Below are positions 10,024-18,799 of a stretch of DNA of 64,000 bases, one piece after another. The stretch spans positions 246,859 through 310,858 of IMG/VR virus record IMGVR_UViG_3300047558_000137. One strand, written 5' to 3'. Origin of the DNA: a virus. Both the position numbers and the translations under genes were made by a program. Within the stretch, counting starts at the first letter, position 1; every line of letters starts with the position of its first letter. The notes under the pieces are model-generated. The model was given only the letters and a program-made list of their open reading frames with translations. It did not search any database and was not told where the DNA came from.

Positions 10024-10072
10024 TTTGTTTTTCCTTTAAAAATTAATGAGTTCTATACGAACTGCATGTAAT

Positions 10073-10080
10073 TATTTATA
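10073..10080 (-). promoter_or_regulatory. T4-late-promoter-like TATAAATA box
   Basis: Minus strand reads TATAAATA about 50 nt upstream of the ATG at 10023. Confidence 0.35.
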
Positions 10081-10094
10081 CAAATGACAAAAAA

Positions 10095-11192
10095 CTAGGT
10101 ATTATTGCGAGGTTTATTAAAGTGTGTGCCACCGAATCCAGTAGAATCACGGATAACCAGTTTAACTAGGCCTTGTGACCCTGGGAAAACAAAGCCTTCC
10201 CCGCCGGATTTTCCGTCTACAGTTTGTGTAAAGCCCTTAACTTGGGCGTTAAGTTGTTGTACAAGATTTACTTTTAGATTGTAAATTGCCACCCAAATAG
10301 CTTCTAATGCTTGATACCCCGTAGTGTTTTGAGGGATATATCCCGTTTGATCTTCACCAATTAACTTACGATGTTGTGCAGGGTAACCCACTAGATAGTC
10401 TTCTAGCGACTCGCTAATTTGTCCTGTAATCTTTTTGTTAAAATAGGTTTTGATTGTATCAACAGCGACCTTTGTACCAAGTCCTGCTCTAAACTCGTCT
10501 GCGGCTTCGCCGTATTGTGTAATGGCTTTTTTGGCAGTGTTTAATAATTTTGTGGGTTCGTTTAATACAAACTGATTTCCTGCTGTGGGACTAATAATAG
10601 CAACGTTTCCAGAGTTGGTTAACCCGCTAACTCCGTCCCATGGGCGATCATTGTATTTGTGTACAACAACAATGCCATCTTTGCCGGCAATAATCTTGCC
10701 CATTGGACTGTTAACTGGTACAGTATATGTTACTGTAGTTGGCTCAAAAACAAAATTACCATTAGCAGGTTTTAACTGACCTGTGTGCATTAAATCGCCC
10801 ATGAAGACACCTGGAGTATTGCCTACTGCGGCCTGCAGACCTGGCCAAATTAGCTGTAACTTAGCAGGTAAATCATCGCGCACTGCGCCACGTGTCTTTG
10901 TTTGATCATATTGCAGCCATTGTTCGGGACTAGTTGCATATATACCTTTTGGATACATGTACTTGTCTGACACAAAGAATTCACCATTGGGTGTATGTCC
11001 GAAATACAGTGCAATGCCACCGTCCCATTTAATAGTAATACGGCTAGGGTCAGCAATTACATTTGCTAGGTCCTTGACTGCACGTTCTGCTTCGGCACTG
11101 CCTGTAAAGATGCTATCTTCAGGGTGAGGAATCCTTGGGTTCTTAGAATCCAAAGTTGTTTCAAAAAGGGTATCAATAAAATCTAAACGCAT
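10095..11192 (-). CDS. hypothetical protein (possibly structural)
   Basis: 365-aa ORF. Confidence 0.5.
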   Translation of the reverse strand: MRLDFIDTLFETTLDSKNPRIPHPEDSIFTGSAEAERAVKDLANVIADPSRITIKWDGGIALYFGHTPNGEFFVSDKYMYPKGIYATSPEQWLQYDQTKTRGAVRDDLPAKLQLIWPGLQAAVGNTPGVFMGDLMHTGQLKPANGNFVFEPTTVTYTVPVNSPMGKIIAGKDGIVVVHKYNDRPWDGVSGLTNSGNVAIISPTAGNQFVLNEPTKLLNTAKKAITQYGEAADEFRAGLGTKVAVDTIKTYFNKKITGQISESLEDYLVGYPAQHRKLIGEDQTGYIPQNTTGYQALEAIWVAIYNLKVNLVQQLNAQVKGFTQTVDGKSGGEGFVFPGSQGLVKLVIRDSTGFGGTHFNKPRNNT

Positions 11193-11210
11193 GATGTATT
11201 ATAACACATC

Positions 11211-11945
11211 TTATCTTTTACCGGCTGTTGCGTTTAATTTTTGATATTCTGGGCTACCTGGCATGTAGATGCCGCCTTGTGGATTTGTCCAATAGTCCTT
11301 ACCAGCCGGTCTGGTGTAAGTTTGTCCTACTTTGTCAGTGATCTCGGTACCGCCGTCGCCTGTGGGCCTAACTCTTGCTTTGCCTGTTGAAGCGGTTGTT
11401 GCCGGAGCCGCAGGCTGTTGTGGTCTATTACTTTTCCAGACGGAAGCGCCAGCTTGTGGTGTCCAGTTGGCTGGCTTTGCTGCCTTAGGTGCAGATGGAC
11501 TCATAAGTGGCATTTGACTAACCGGAGCAGATGGAGGTGGTGGACTTACACGGTCCATTATCTGTGCAAAACGCTCTGGTGCTTCTTTACCTGTTCTAAA
11601 GTCAATCCATTTACCGTATTCATCACGTTGGAATGTATTAGTCTTGTATTGGATAGTAGGAGGATCGTTATCTACCAATTCAAACTGTTGTTGGAACTTG
11701 CTACCCGGGGCCACCATTGGTAAGTCACCCGTTTTGTGTGCTTGTCTAATAGCATCCGCCGCAGCCTGCGCCGTGTTTTGGGCTAAGTCTTTCTGGCTAC
11801 GATTGTGTTTCCAATTGCCCATGGCTGCATAATTATCAGCACCAACTAGATCGCTAGCCAGATGCCCTAACACACCTTTAGCACGGCCAGTTTTTGGGTC
11901 ATATCCCATGCCCCAGGCTTCATTGACTACTTCATTAATCTTCAC
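11211..11945 (-). CDS. hypothetical protein with Pro/Ala-rich linker
   Basis: 244-aa ORF; PPPPSAPVSQMPLMSPSAPKAAKPANWTPQ linker. Confidence 0.5.
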   Translation of the reverse strand: MKINEVVNEAWGMGYDPKTGRAKGVLGHLASDLVGADNYAAMGNWKHNRSQKDLAQNTAQAAADAIRQAHKTGDLPMVAPGSKFQQQFELVDNDPPTIQYKTNTFQRDEYGKWIDFRTGKEAPERFAQIMDRVSPPPPSAPVSQMPLMSPSAPKAAKPANWTPQAGASVWKSNRPQQPAAPATTASTGKARVRPTGDGGTEITDKVGQTYTRPAGKDYWTNPQGGIYMPGSPEYQKLNATAGKR

Positions 11946-12183
11946 TTTTCAATCTCCTAACACCTCTGCGGAATTTGTCAGGTTCTTGAGTACGGATGCT
12001 GTTAATCAATCTACGTTCAAGTTCGCCTGCTTGCTCAGCATCGTAGTTCTCACGTATATAATTGATTAGATTAATTGCCCCTTGTATAACATGGGCAGCA
12101 CGGCTTTCAACCAGACTCTCACGGTCTTTGTTGCTTAGTAACGTGTCTAATTCGTCTAAAATACTGCGAGCTCGCTTTTGCAA
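11935..12183 (-). CDS. hypothetical protein
   Basis: 82-aa ORF. Confidence 0.35.
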   Translation of the reverse strand: MQKRARSILDELDTLLSNKDRESLVESRAAHVIQGAINLINYIRENYDAEQAGELERRLINSIRTQEPDKFRRGVRRLKSED

Positions 12184-12217
12184 GATATCACTCCAAGTTA
12201 GTTATATTTAGCGAGAC

Positions 12218-13657
12218 TTAATCAGATTTTTTCAATCCGGCTAGCATCGATTTAAGTTTGGTACTTTGAGCTTCGCCTTGCACTTTAGGAGCTTGTTCCC
12301 ATGCGGGTGTACCGGTTGCACGTTCAAATTTCTTAGGATCGGATTCGTTGCCCTCGTCGGATGCGGCCTTATTCTTAATTTGATTCATGATGCTGGTAAC
12401 CTTAGGTGGGCCAAACCCAGAATCTTCGCTATCTAGTCCCGGGTCAGTAATACGCATGGTTTCAATGTTGTATTCTAGATCAATCTTTTGGCCCACACCT
12501 GTACTAGAGCGAGATTTCATACACTGAATTTGATAACGTCCACGCTCTTTCATAGCACGACTTGTAAAGATACCAAACACGTTATCCGCTGTGTTAATCT
12601 TACTAATACCGCCCGAGATATGACTATGGTCAAATTCCACTTCTTCAACAGCACTACGGTTCAATTGACTTGCTGTTACAAATAATACACCAAGCTCTTT
12701 GGCCAAGTTACGCAATTCTTCTGACACATACTTGTCCTTAACAAACAAGTCGTTGGGGCTAACCTTAGCACTAACTGGCATAATCAAGTCCAAGTAGTCA
12801 ACCATAACAAAGTCTACCTTGTTACCTGTTTGAATTTGATACTCTTTTAAGAATGCACGAATATCGTTAACGTTGCTTTGTGCAGGCAACCCTTTAACTC
12901 GATACTTGCCCGACTTCTTACCAGTTAAAGATACTTTTAAAGATGTAGTTTCAATATCTTTACGAATATCCTTAGTGCCCATACCAGTTAACATAGCATC
13001 TGTACGCAAACTACAAAGTTCTTCACTCAATTCAAGTGTAATGTAAACACCACTGAGTCCCATCTGTAACCAGCTTAGAGCAATGTTCATCATAACCAAT
13101 GACTTGCCTGAGCCCGATCCGCCAGCAAAGATGTTTAATTCTCCTCGGCTAAATCCACCATATAACAGTTTGTCTAGTTGCGGCCATCCAGTTGATACTT
13201 GACCACCTGAGCTGAAGTATTTGTTAATGCGAGACGCAGGATCAGCAAAGTAGTCCGTGCCCAGGTCTTTAGTAAGTGATATCTGTACTGCATCTTTGAT
13301 TAATTTTTCAACAGGAGTAAAGTCGCCTTTTTCCAAAAGGTCAGCAGACTTTAAAATTGCACGTTCTAGTTCTTGACGTTTAGTAAAGTTTTCGAATTCA
13401 GCAATAAACCATTCACTATGCTCATGCATTTCTACAGCAGGCTTTAGTTCTACACTGGTCGTAGCTTTAATCTGTTCGGGTGTAGGTAATGTTTTATACT
13501 TGTCGCTATATTCGCTGATAAACTTCGCTGTTTCACGTAGACTGCGATCAAAGTTTTCTGCGTTGTAAATGTTTTGGACACGCACAAAGTTCTGTGCATC
13601 CGATAACATCATTTCTAAGAATAGTCGTTGTATTTCTGCGTTATATTCTTTATTCAT
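12218..13657 (-). CDS. replicative DNA helicase, DnaB family (T4 gp41-like)
   Basis: Walker A FAGGSGSGKS, DYLDLI, and the SRAMKE...RSSTG arginine finger region typical of DnaB/gp41. Confidence 0.85.
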   Translation of the reverse strand: MNKEYNAEIQRLFLEMMLSDAQNFVRVQNIYNAENFDRSLRETAKFISEYSDKYKTLPTPEQIKATTSVELKPAVEMHEHSEWFIAEFENFTKRQELERAILKSADLLEKGDFTPVEKLIKDAVQISLTKDLGTDYFADPASRINKYFSSGGQVSTGWPQLDKLLYGGFSRGELNIFAGGSGSGKSLVMMNIALSWLQMGLSGVYITLELSEELCSLRTDAMLTGMGTKDIRKDIETTSLKVSLTGKKSGKYRVKGLPAQSNVNDIRAFLKEYQIQTGNKVDFVMVDYLDLIMPVSAKVSPNDLFVKDKYVSEELRNLAKELGVLFVTASQLNRSAVEEVEFDHSHISGGISKINTADNVFGIFTSRAMKERGRYQIQCMKSRSSTGVGQKIDLEYNIETMRITDPGLDSEDSGFGPPKVTSIMNQIKNKAASDEGNESDPKKFERATGTPAWEQAPKVQGEAQSTKLKSMLAGLKKSD

Positions 13658-13659
13658 TA

Positions 13660-14715
13660 TTAACTATGTATGCGTTTACGCATCAACTCGATCTTTAATC
13701 GGCTCGTTTGACGTCCTGCCAAAATTGCCTTTAGTGTAAATAGCTTTCCGTATTGTTCTACTGCTTCGGCTGTATCTTTAACTTCTTCGTTCCATACTGG
13801 AAAACTAACAGTCCAACCATATTCAATAGCCTGTTCTACTAGACGTTCTCCGGCCCAGACTTCTCGGCCTTTAACCGACTTCATATCAAAATCTGGAACG
13901 ACGATGACTTCACGTCCCAAACTATCGATAATATCTGCCTGCACCTCACTACACTCGTTACTAAGAACAGCAACGCCGTCCACTGCCATCGCATCAAAGG
14001 GACCTTCTGTGACAATAACAAACTTAGAGCCAGGAGCCTGATTGTCCATGTTGTATACATAGTTTGGCTCATAATCTGCGTAATACTTAGGTTTGATGTT
14101 GTCGTCCAACCGCCTGGAGGTAGACCCAATTAATTCCCCTTTCCAATAACATGGAATAGTGACACGTTTGTGCATGTTATGTTCAGTATCTTCTGTCCAA
14201 TAGAAGTCATACTTAGACATATCAACTCGTCTATCTTGGACATACTTTACTGCTTGATAAAAATCTTCAGGTGCCTGTTCAAAGTCTCCCAAGGCGTAAA
14301 ATGTTGCCAACTCAGTAAATGTTTTGGCACCCTCGGGCAATGGGCGTGGTGGGAACGAAACTTCTTCAGCTGGTTCAGTTTTTATTTCTTCTGGGTTGAC
14401 CAGCTCTTTAACACGGATAGCATCAATTACTAATCGCTTGATGGAGTTTTCATCCGCGCCAAGCCAACTCAGGAGTTTACGAAACTTATAGTTTAAGTGA
14501 CGACCTGGTGTGTAGTTGGCTTTGAAGTTACAGTTGAAACAAGCATAACTGATGCTACCGTTGGCGTTAGAAATAATCCCACCACGCCCCCGAGTATCAC
14601 GGCTTTCGCCGTTGTGCTCACAACAGACTGCGTTAAAACTGGTCCATCCGCTAGTAGATGATTTTCTCTTAGCGGGTAGATATTGTTTTACTGCATCCTG
14701 TATTGTTGTTAGCAT
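13660..14715 (-). CDS. DNA primase (T4 gp61-like: Zn ribbon plus TOPRIM)
   Basis: CCEHNGES...CFNCNF zinc ribbon, TOPRIM-like VIVTEGPFDAMAV...VVPDFD; adjacent to helicase as in T4 genes 41-61. Confidence 0.8.
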   Translation of the reverse strand: MLTTIQDAVKQYLPAKRKSSTSGWTSFNAVCCEHNGESRDTRGRGGIISNANGSISYACFNCNFKANYTPGRHLNYKFRKLLSWLGADENSIKRLVIDAIRVKELVNPEEIKTEPAEEVSFPPRPLPEGAKTFTELATFYALGDFEQAPEDFYQAVKYVQDRRVDMSKYDFYWTEDTEHNMHKRVTIPCYWKGELIGSTSRRLDDNIKPKYYADYEPNYVYNMDNQAPGSKFVIVTEGPFDAMAVDGVAVLSNECSEVQADIIDSLGREVIVVPDFDMKSVKGREVWAGERLVEQAIEYGWTVSFPVWNEEVKDTAEAVEQYGKLFTLKAILAGRQTSRLKIELMRKRIHS

Positions 14716-14736
14716 TGCACTATTATATAGTGTTTG

Positions 14737-15411
14737 CTAAGGTAGATCAAATAGTATTAGCTCAGATTCTGTGTTAACGGTAATGTTGATTTGTGATTCC
14801 TGTTCAAAGGCAAACCCGTCGCCTTCTGTAAAGTTGTGCCCATTTATAGTGCCAGTGCCAGTGACCACATAAGCATAATATTTGCGACTTTCATTAAGTG
14901 TGTAGTCAAATGGCCTAGTAAAGATACCAGCAAGTAATCTGGCATCGGCATTGATCGGCAGGCGTGCTGTTATGTTGCAGAATTGGTTTAACTTATCTGC
15001 TTTAGTAAACTGATACCAATCCCAACTTGGTGTGTAGTTTTTCTTTTCTGAACGTATCCATAGTTGTAGATAACGTATGGGTTGATCTGTAGCATTGCCT
15101 TCTGTGTGCTTTAGTCCAGATCCAGCACAGATGCGTTGTACTGCGCCAGCAGGTATATCAATTACACGACCCTGACCATCTGTGTGACGACATGCTCCGG
15201 ATACTACGTATCCAAATATTTCTCTATTGGTGTGAATATGCTGCGGAGTGTGAAAACCGGGCATAACCCGGTCATCATTTATTGTTTCAAGACTGCTGTA
15301 ATTCATGTAGCGCCAGTCACGGTATGTACCAAAGGTAAATGTACGGTAACTGGCTATACTATCAGGCAATTCAGCAAAGCCCCGTGTGTTAGCAGGGCGC
15401 TGCTGGATCAC
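14737..15411 (-). CDS. pirin-family cupin protein
   Basis: FHTPQHIHTNREIFGYVVSG...DGQG metal-binding cupin motif and bicupin length (224 aa) typical of pirins. Confidence 0.6.
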   Translation of the reverse strand: MIQQRPANTRGFAELPDSIASYRTFTFGTYRDWRYMNYSSLETINDDRVMPGFHTPQHIHTNREIFGYVVSGACRHTDGQGRVIDIPAGAVQRICAGSGLKHTEGNATDQPIRYLQLWIRSEKKNYTPSWDWYQFTKADKLNQFCNITARLPINADARLLAGIFTRPFDYTLNESRKYYAYVVTGTGTINGHNFTEGDGFAFEQESQINITVNTESELILFDLP

Positions 15412-15412
15412 T

Positions 15413-16966
15413 TTAACACCACCAATCGTAATCTTCTTCGCCGGTAATGTTGAATTCGAACTTGTACATGATACGAACTTTTAACTTGCGGCTCCACTGG
15501 CCATTCATTTGCCAGTCACTACGGTAAATCATGCCATCGTCGTCGCTGAAATAATAGAAAGGATTGTTAGTTGAATCGCCGTTCCAGATTGTATTATTTT
15601 TGTATGTGTCGTATGGATCATACGAGTTGTCGTTGTCGTTGCCGGCCCAGGCAAAATTCCACTGTGTGTACTCACTGTAGTCTTTTTCTTCAGTGTAGGT
15701 CTTGCACATAACTGTACCTTTGCCACCAGTGATACCATTGCTTCTTATAGCATTGTATTCAGGCATGTCTGTTTTGTAATCAAACCAGCGATAGCCATTG
15801 TTCCAGTTACTGTTAACGGTAGTAGGTTGATAAATGTCTAGTTCAATTCTACTGTCCCAACGATACCAGTGAACTTCGATTGTATCGCCGGTGTTCCAAG
15901 TTTGTGTTGATGCCAATTCAATTTGCCAATTCTTGTTGTCGCTGTTCTTGGCGTTCCAGAAAGTGAAATCTACAGGTTCACTGCCATTAATAGTTAAGTA
16001 ACCAGAGCGATTAGTGTCACCAGTATACTTGTTTGTACTTGTACTTTCCCAACCAAACTTAGCATAAAGTCCCCAATCAGGGATAGCACTATAAGGAATC
16101 TCTAAACTGCCTGTGCTGTTTTCGCCGCCGTTTTGAGCCTTAGTAGTAACAGTTTCTAAGTATAGGGTTTTGATTTCCAACGGAGTGCCATCAAAAGTAA
16201 TGGTGTACAGGTCGCCCTCGACTGCAACCGCAGTAATGTTACGGCTAAATGTTCTACTATAGTTCTTAAAAGTAATTGCATGTCTGCTGGTATTTGTTGT
16301 TAAGTTGGCTAAGTCAGATGACACACCATGTTCAGCGGCATCAATTGTAACTGTGTTTACTGTACCAGTTTCGCTTTGATCAGGGATTAACCAACCGTAA
16401 GTGTTAGTATACATGTCAACAGTACGAGTACCTTCGGACCAGTATTTAACTGTTAATTTTTCGCCATTATTAAAGTCGTAACCATCTATGCCAATTGTTA
16501 AAATACCATCAGCATAAGTGTTATACCCTGCGGCTATTTCGTTGCCGTATGTAGCACTTCCTTTGTAGATGGTGTAACCGTTTCCTTCGGAATCTGAGTT
16601 CCACCACATGTCAGCTACTTCGGGATAGTCCGCTACGTCCAACGCCAGTGATGTTACTCCAGTTTGACTGCTAGTATAAGTGTATTCAAACAGTTTATAA
16701 CCTTCTGTTTCAAAGTCAAATTGTTTGCTTCCAGAAACTGTAGCAATACGCCAAACGTTGTCGTTTATGCCGTCTGTCCAATCGCTAGCTACATCACTGC
16801 TGCCGCTACCGGAAATAGATTCAAGGCCAGCCCATGCAGTGACGCCATCACCAACTCGTAATTCGTTGTTGGTTGTGTCGTAACCGGGTTCGCCTAAGGC
16901 CAATACTGGATTTGCACTTGCCCAATTTGCGGCTGTATCTCTACGTAATTTAATTCTAGTTGTCAT
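15413..16966 (-). CDS. tail-fibre/baseplate-like structural protein with conserved phage N-terminal domain
   Basis: N-terminus KLRRDTAANWASANPVLALGEPGYDTTNNELRVGDGVTAWAGL matches a widespread phage tail-fibre N-terminal module; remainder rich in T/N/G/Y/W. Confidence 0.55.
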   Translation of the reverse strand: MTTRIKLRRDTAANWASANPVLALGEPGYDTTNNELRVGDGVTAWAGLESISGSGSSDVASDWTDGINDNVWRIATVSGSKQFDFETEGYKLFEYTYTSSQTGVTSLALDVADYPEVADMWWNSDSEGNGYTIYKGSATYGNEIAAGYNTYADGILTIGIDGYDFNNGEKLTVKYWSEGTRTVDMYTNTYGWLIPDQSETGTVNTVTIDAAEHGVSSDLANLTTNTSRHAITFKNYSRTFSRNITAVAVEGDLYTITFDGTPLEIKTLYLETVTTKAQNGGENSTGSLEIPYSAIPDWGLYAKFGWESTSTNKYTGDTNRSGYLTINGSEPVDFTFWNAKNSDNKNWQIELASTQTWNTGDTIEVHWYRWDSRIELDIYQPTTVNSNWNNGYRWFDYKTDMPEYNAIRSNGITGGKGTVMCKTYTEEKDYSEYTQWNFAWAGNDNDNSYDPYDTYKNNTIWNGDSTNNPFYYFSDDDGMIYRSDWQMNGQWSRKLKVRIMYKFEFNITGEEDYDWWC

Positions 16967-16975
16967 GTTGTTTCC

Positions 16976-17167
16976 TTAGGCTGTTCCGCCGTTATATTCA
17001 TCTAAAAATGTTGTTGTACTAGCACGGCCACCATCTTTGTAGTGTACCGCTGTACCGTTAGCTATTGCTGTTGCAGAACTCCAGCGATCGCCTAGCCATG
17101 TGTAAGTAACAGCGTTTTCTGCTACCCATTGTTGCCCTGTTGTGGGATTTTGTGGAAATTCTACCAT
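16976..17167 (-). CDS. small structural-like protein
   Basis: 63-aa ORF within the fibre gene block. Confidence 0.35.
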   Translation of the reverse strand: MVEFPQNPTTGQQWVAENAVTYTWLGDRWSSATAIANGTAVHYKDGGRASTTTFLDEYNGGTA

Positions 17168-17190
17168 TTTTCGTCCTTATGCTATATTTA

Positions 17191-18261
17191 TTAAACTCGT
17201 GTAATTGTTACGTATCCAGAACCATTGTTAAATGCCGCTAGATTTGAGATAGCAGAACCGTTAAATGTGCTGGATCCGTCATAGTTTCCGTCGCTAGTTG
17301 ATATACCACTTGCAGTAGATATAATGTAAGAGCCCCCGCCGCCACCTTGGCTCATATAGGCGTTAGAAGCTGGGCCGCTAACGCCACCGCCTGAATAACC
17401 GCCACCTGCACCGCCGTTGATAATGCCGTTGCCTCCGCCACCACCACCAAATCCACCATAAGTAGATGCGAAAGTAGACGGATTGCTCCACTGAGTTCCG
17501 TAAGTTCCACCAATAAATCCGCTAGCATACCCAAGTCCACCACCACCATATGTTGTGCCAGGAGCAGATGTTGCGGCTGTATTATCGCCGTTTTTGCCAT
17601 TGCCGGCCCAACCGCCGCCTGAGCCACCTTTATAGACGTGTGTTTGGGAAGTATATATTCCGCCGCCAGCGCCCGCTGTACCACCAACACCCGATGCCGC
17701 TACCGCCCCCGGGCCGCCTGAGGTTGCTGTACGTCCGTTTTCGCCTGCATATCCAGTGGGTGTACCACCAGATGCATAATAACTTCCTCCACCTGCGCCG
17801 CCAGCGGCAAGCAATAATGTAGATGTTGTGGCATTTTTAACAAACGATCCACCGCCGCCACCTAAACCATGATATCCGGCTGTGGTAATTGCGGTATCTA
17901 AGTATTGCCCGCAGATGATTTCAAGCACTTGGCCTCCTACCAAATAAACTGTGCCAGAAACAATAGCACCAAGACCTGAGGCATAAGTTTGTCCCGACGA
18001 CATTTTACCTGCACGAGCTCCTGCAGCACGAATGGTGTAGTTTCCGGAGGTAGGTACTGTCCACAATTGATATCCTTGCGTGGTCATAGTAAAATAACTA
18101 GACAACCAAACCTGACCGGCATAAGCCGTTTGACAGTTTGCAAGTGTTGGGCCATTCCTGCCAGTTATGTTAGCAGTAGTAAAAGTATAAGTAGAGAAAT
18201 CAAAGAGACTTGCTTGATCGCTAATTCTACCACCCGTAATTCTTGCGCCAGATATAATCAT
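17191..18261 (-). CDS. glycine-rich fibre-like structural protein
   Basis: Long GGGGG/GGAGGG runs (GGGGGSFV, AGGAGGGSYYASGG, GGFGGGGGGNG). Confidence 0.55.
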   Translation of the reverse strand: MIISGARITGGRISDQASLFDFSTYTFTTANITGRNGPTLANCQTAYAGQVWLSSYFTMTTQGYQLWTVPTSGNYTIRAAGARAGKMSSGQTYASGLGAIVSGTVYLVGGQVLEIICGQYLDTAITTAGYHGLGGGGGSFVKNATTSTLLLAAGGAGGGSYYASGGTPTGYAGENGRTATSGGPGAVAASGVGGTAGAGGGIYTSQTHVYKGGSGGGWAGNGKNGDNTAATSAPGTTYGGGGLGYASGFIGGTYGTQWSNPSTFASTYGGFGGGGGGNGIINGGAGGGYSGGGVSGPASNAYMSQGGGGGSYIISTASGISTSDGNYDGSSTFNGSAISNLAAFNNGSGYVTITRV

Positions 18262-18262
18262 A

Positions 18263-18796
18263 TTAGACTAAACGTTCCATAACAATAAAGTTGCCTTTAT
18301 ACCCATTGCCGATACTTAAGGTAATTCTATAGAAGCGACCGTTAGTCATATCTTGCAAGTTGTAAACTGCGTTGTCATTAGCCCATGGAAAGTCCCAACC
18401 AAATGGTTGTTGCCAGTTTGTGTTTAGTGTTTTACTTTGCCAGTAGTTGGAGCCTACGTTACCTGTTCCATTAGTAGTCCAGTAAATGATACCACTAATG
18501 TGTACGCTCATTGTTCCTGCGGTTACTCTAAACTGCAAACTTCTTGGGCTCGCTGTGTTTAGTCGTACTGCAATAGTATCTAATACAACTTCAACCCCAT
18601 CGTCTACACGGGCTGATTTAAAGCCCGGTAATTGAGGGGCACTTGCAGTGGCACCAATTTTAGTTTCTAATAGACCGGTTGGGTCAGGTAACAGAATACT
18701 GTTTGCGACATCGTCAAAGAATATTTCTGTGTATTCTTTAGCAATGTCTGCTCTGTTTTCTGTTACGTTGTTTGAGTGTATTTTTCGAATTGTCAT
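18263..18796 (-). CDS. hypothetical structural protein
   Basis: 177-aa ORF between fibre genes. Confidence 0.45.
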   Translation of the reverse strand: MTIRKIHSNNVTENRADIAKEYTEIFFDDVANSILLPDPTGLLETKIGATASAPQLPGFKSARVDDGVEVVLDTIAVRLNTASPRSLQFRVTAGTMSVHISGIIYWTTNGTGNVGSNYWQSKTLNTNWQQPFGWDFPWANDNAVYNLQDMTNGRFYRITLSIGNGYKGNFIVMERLV

Positions 18797-18799
18797 CGC

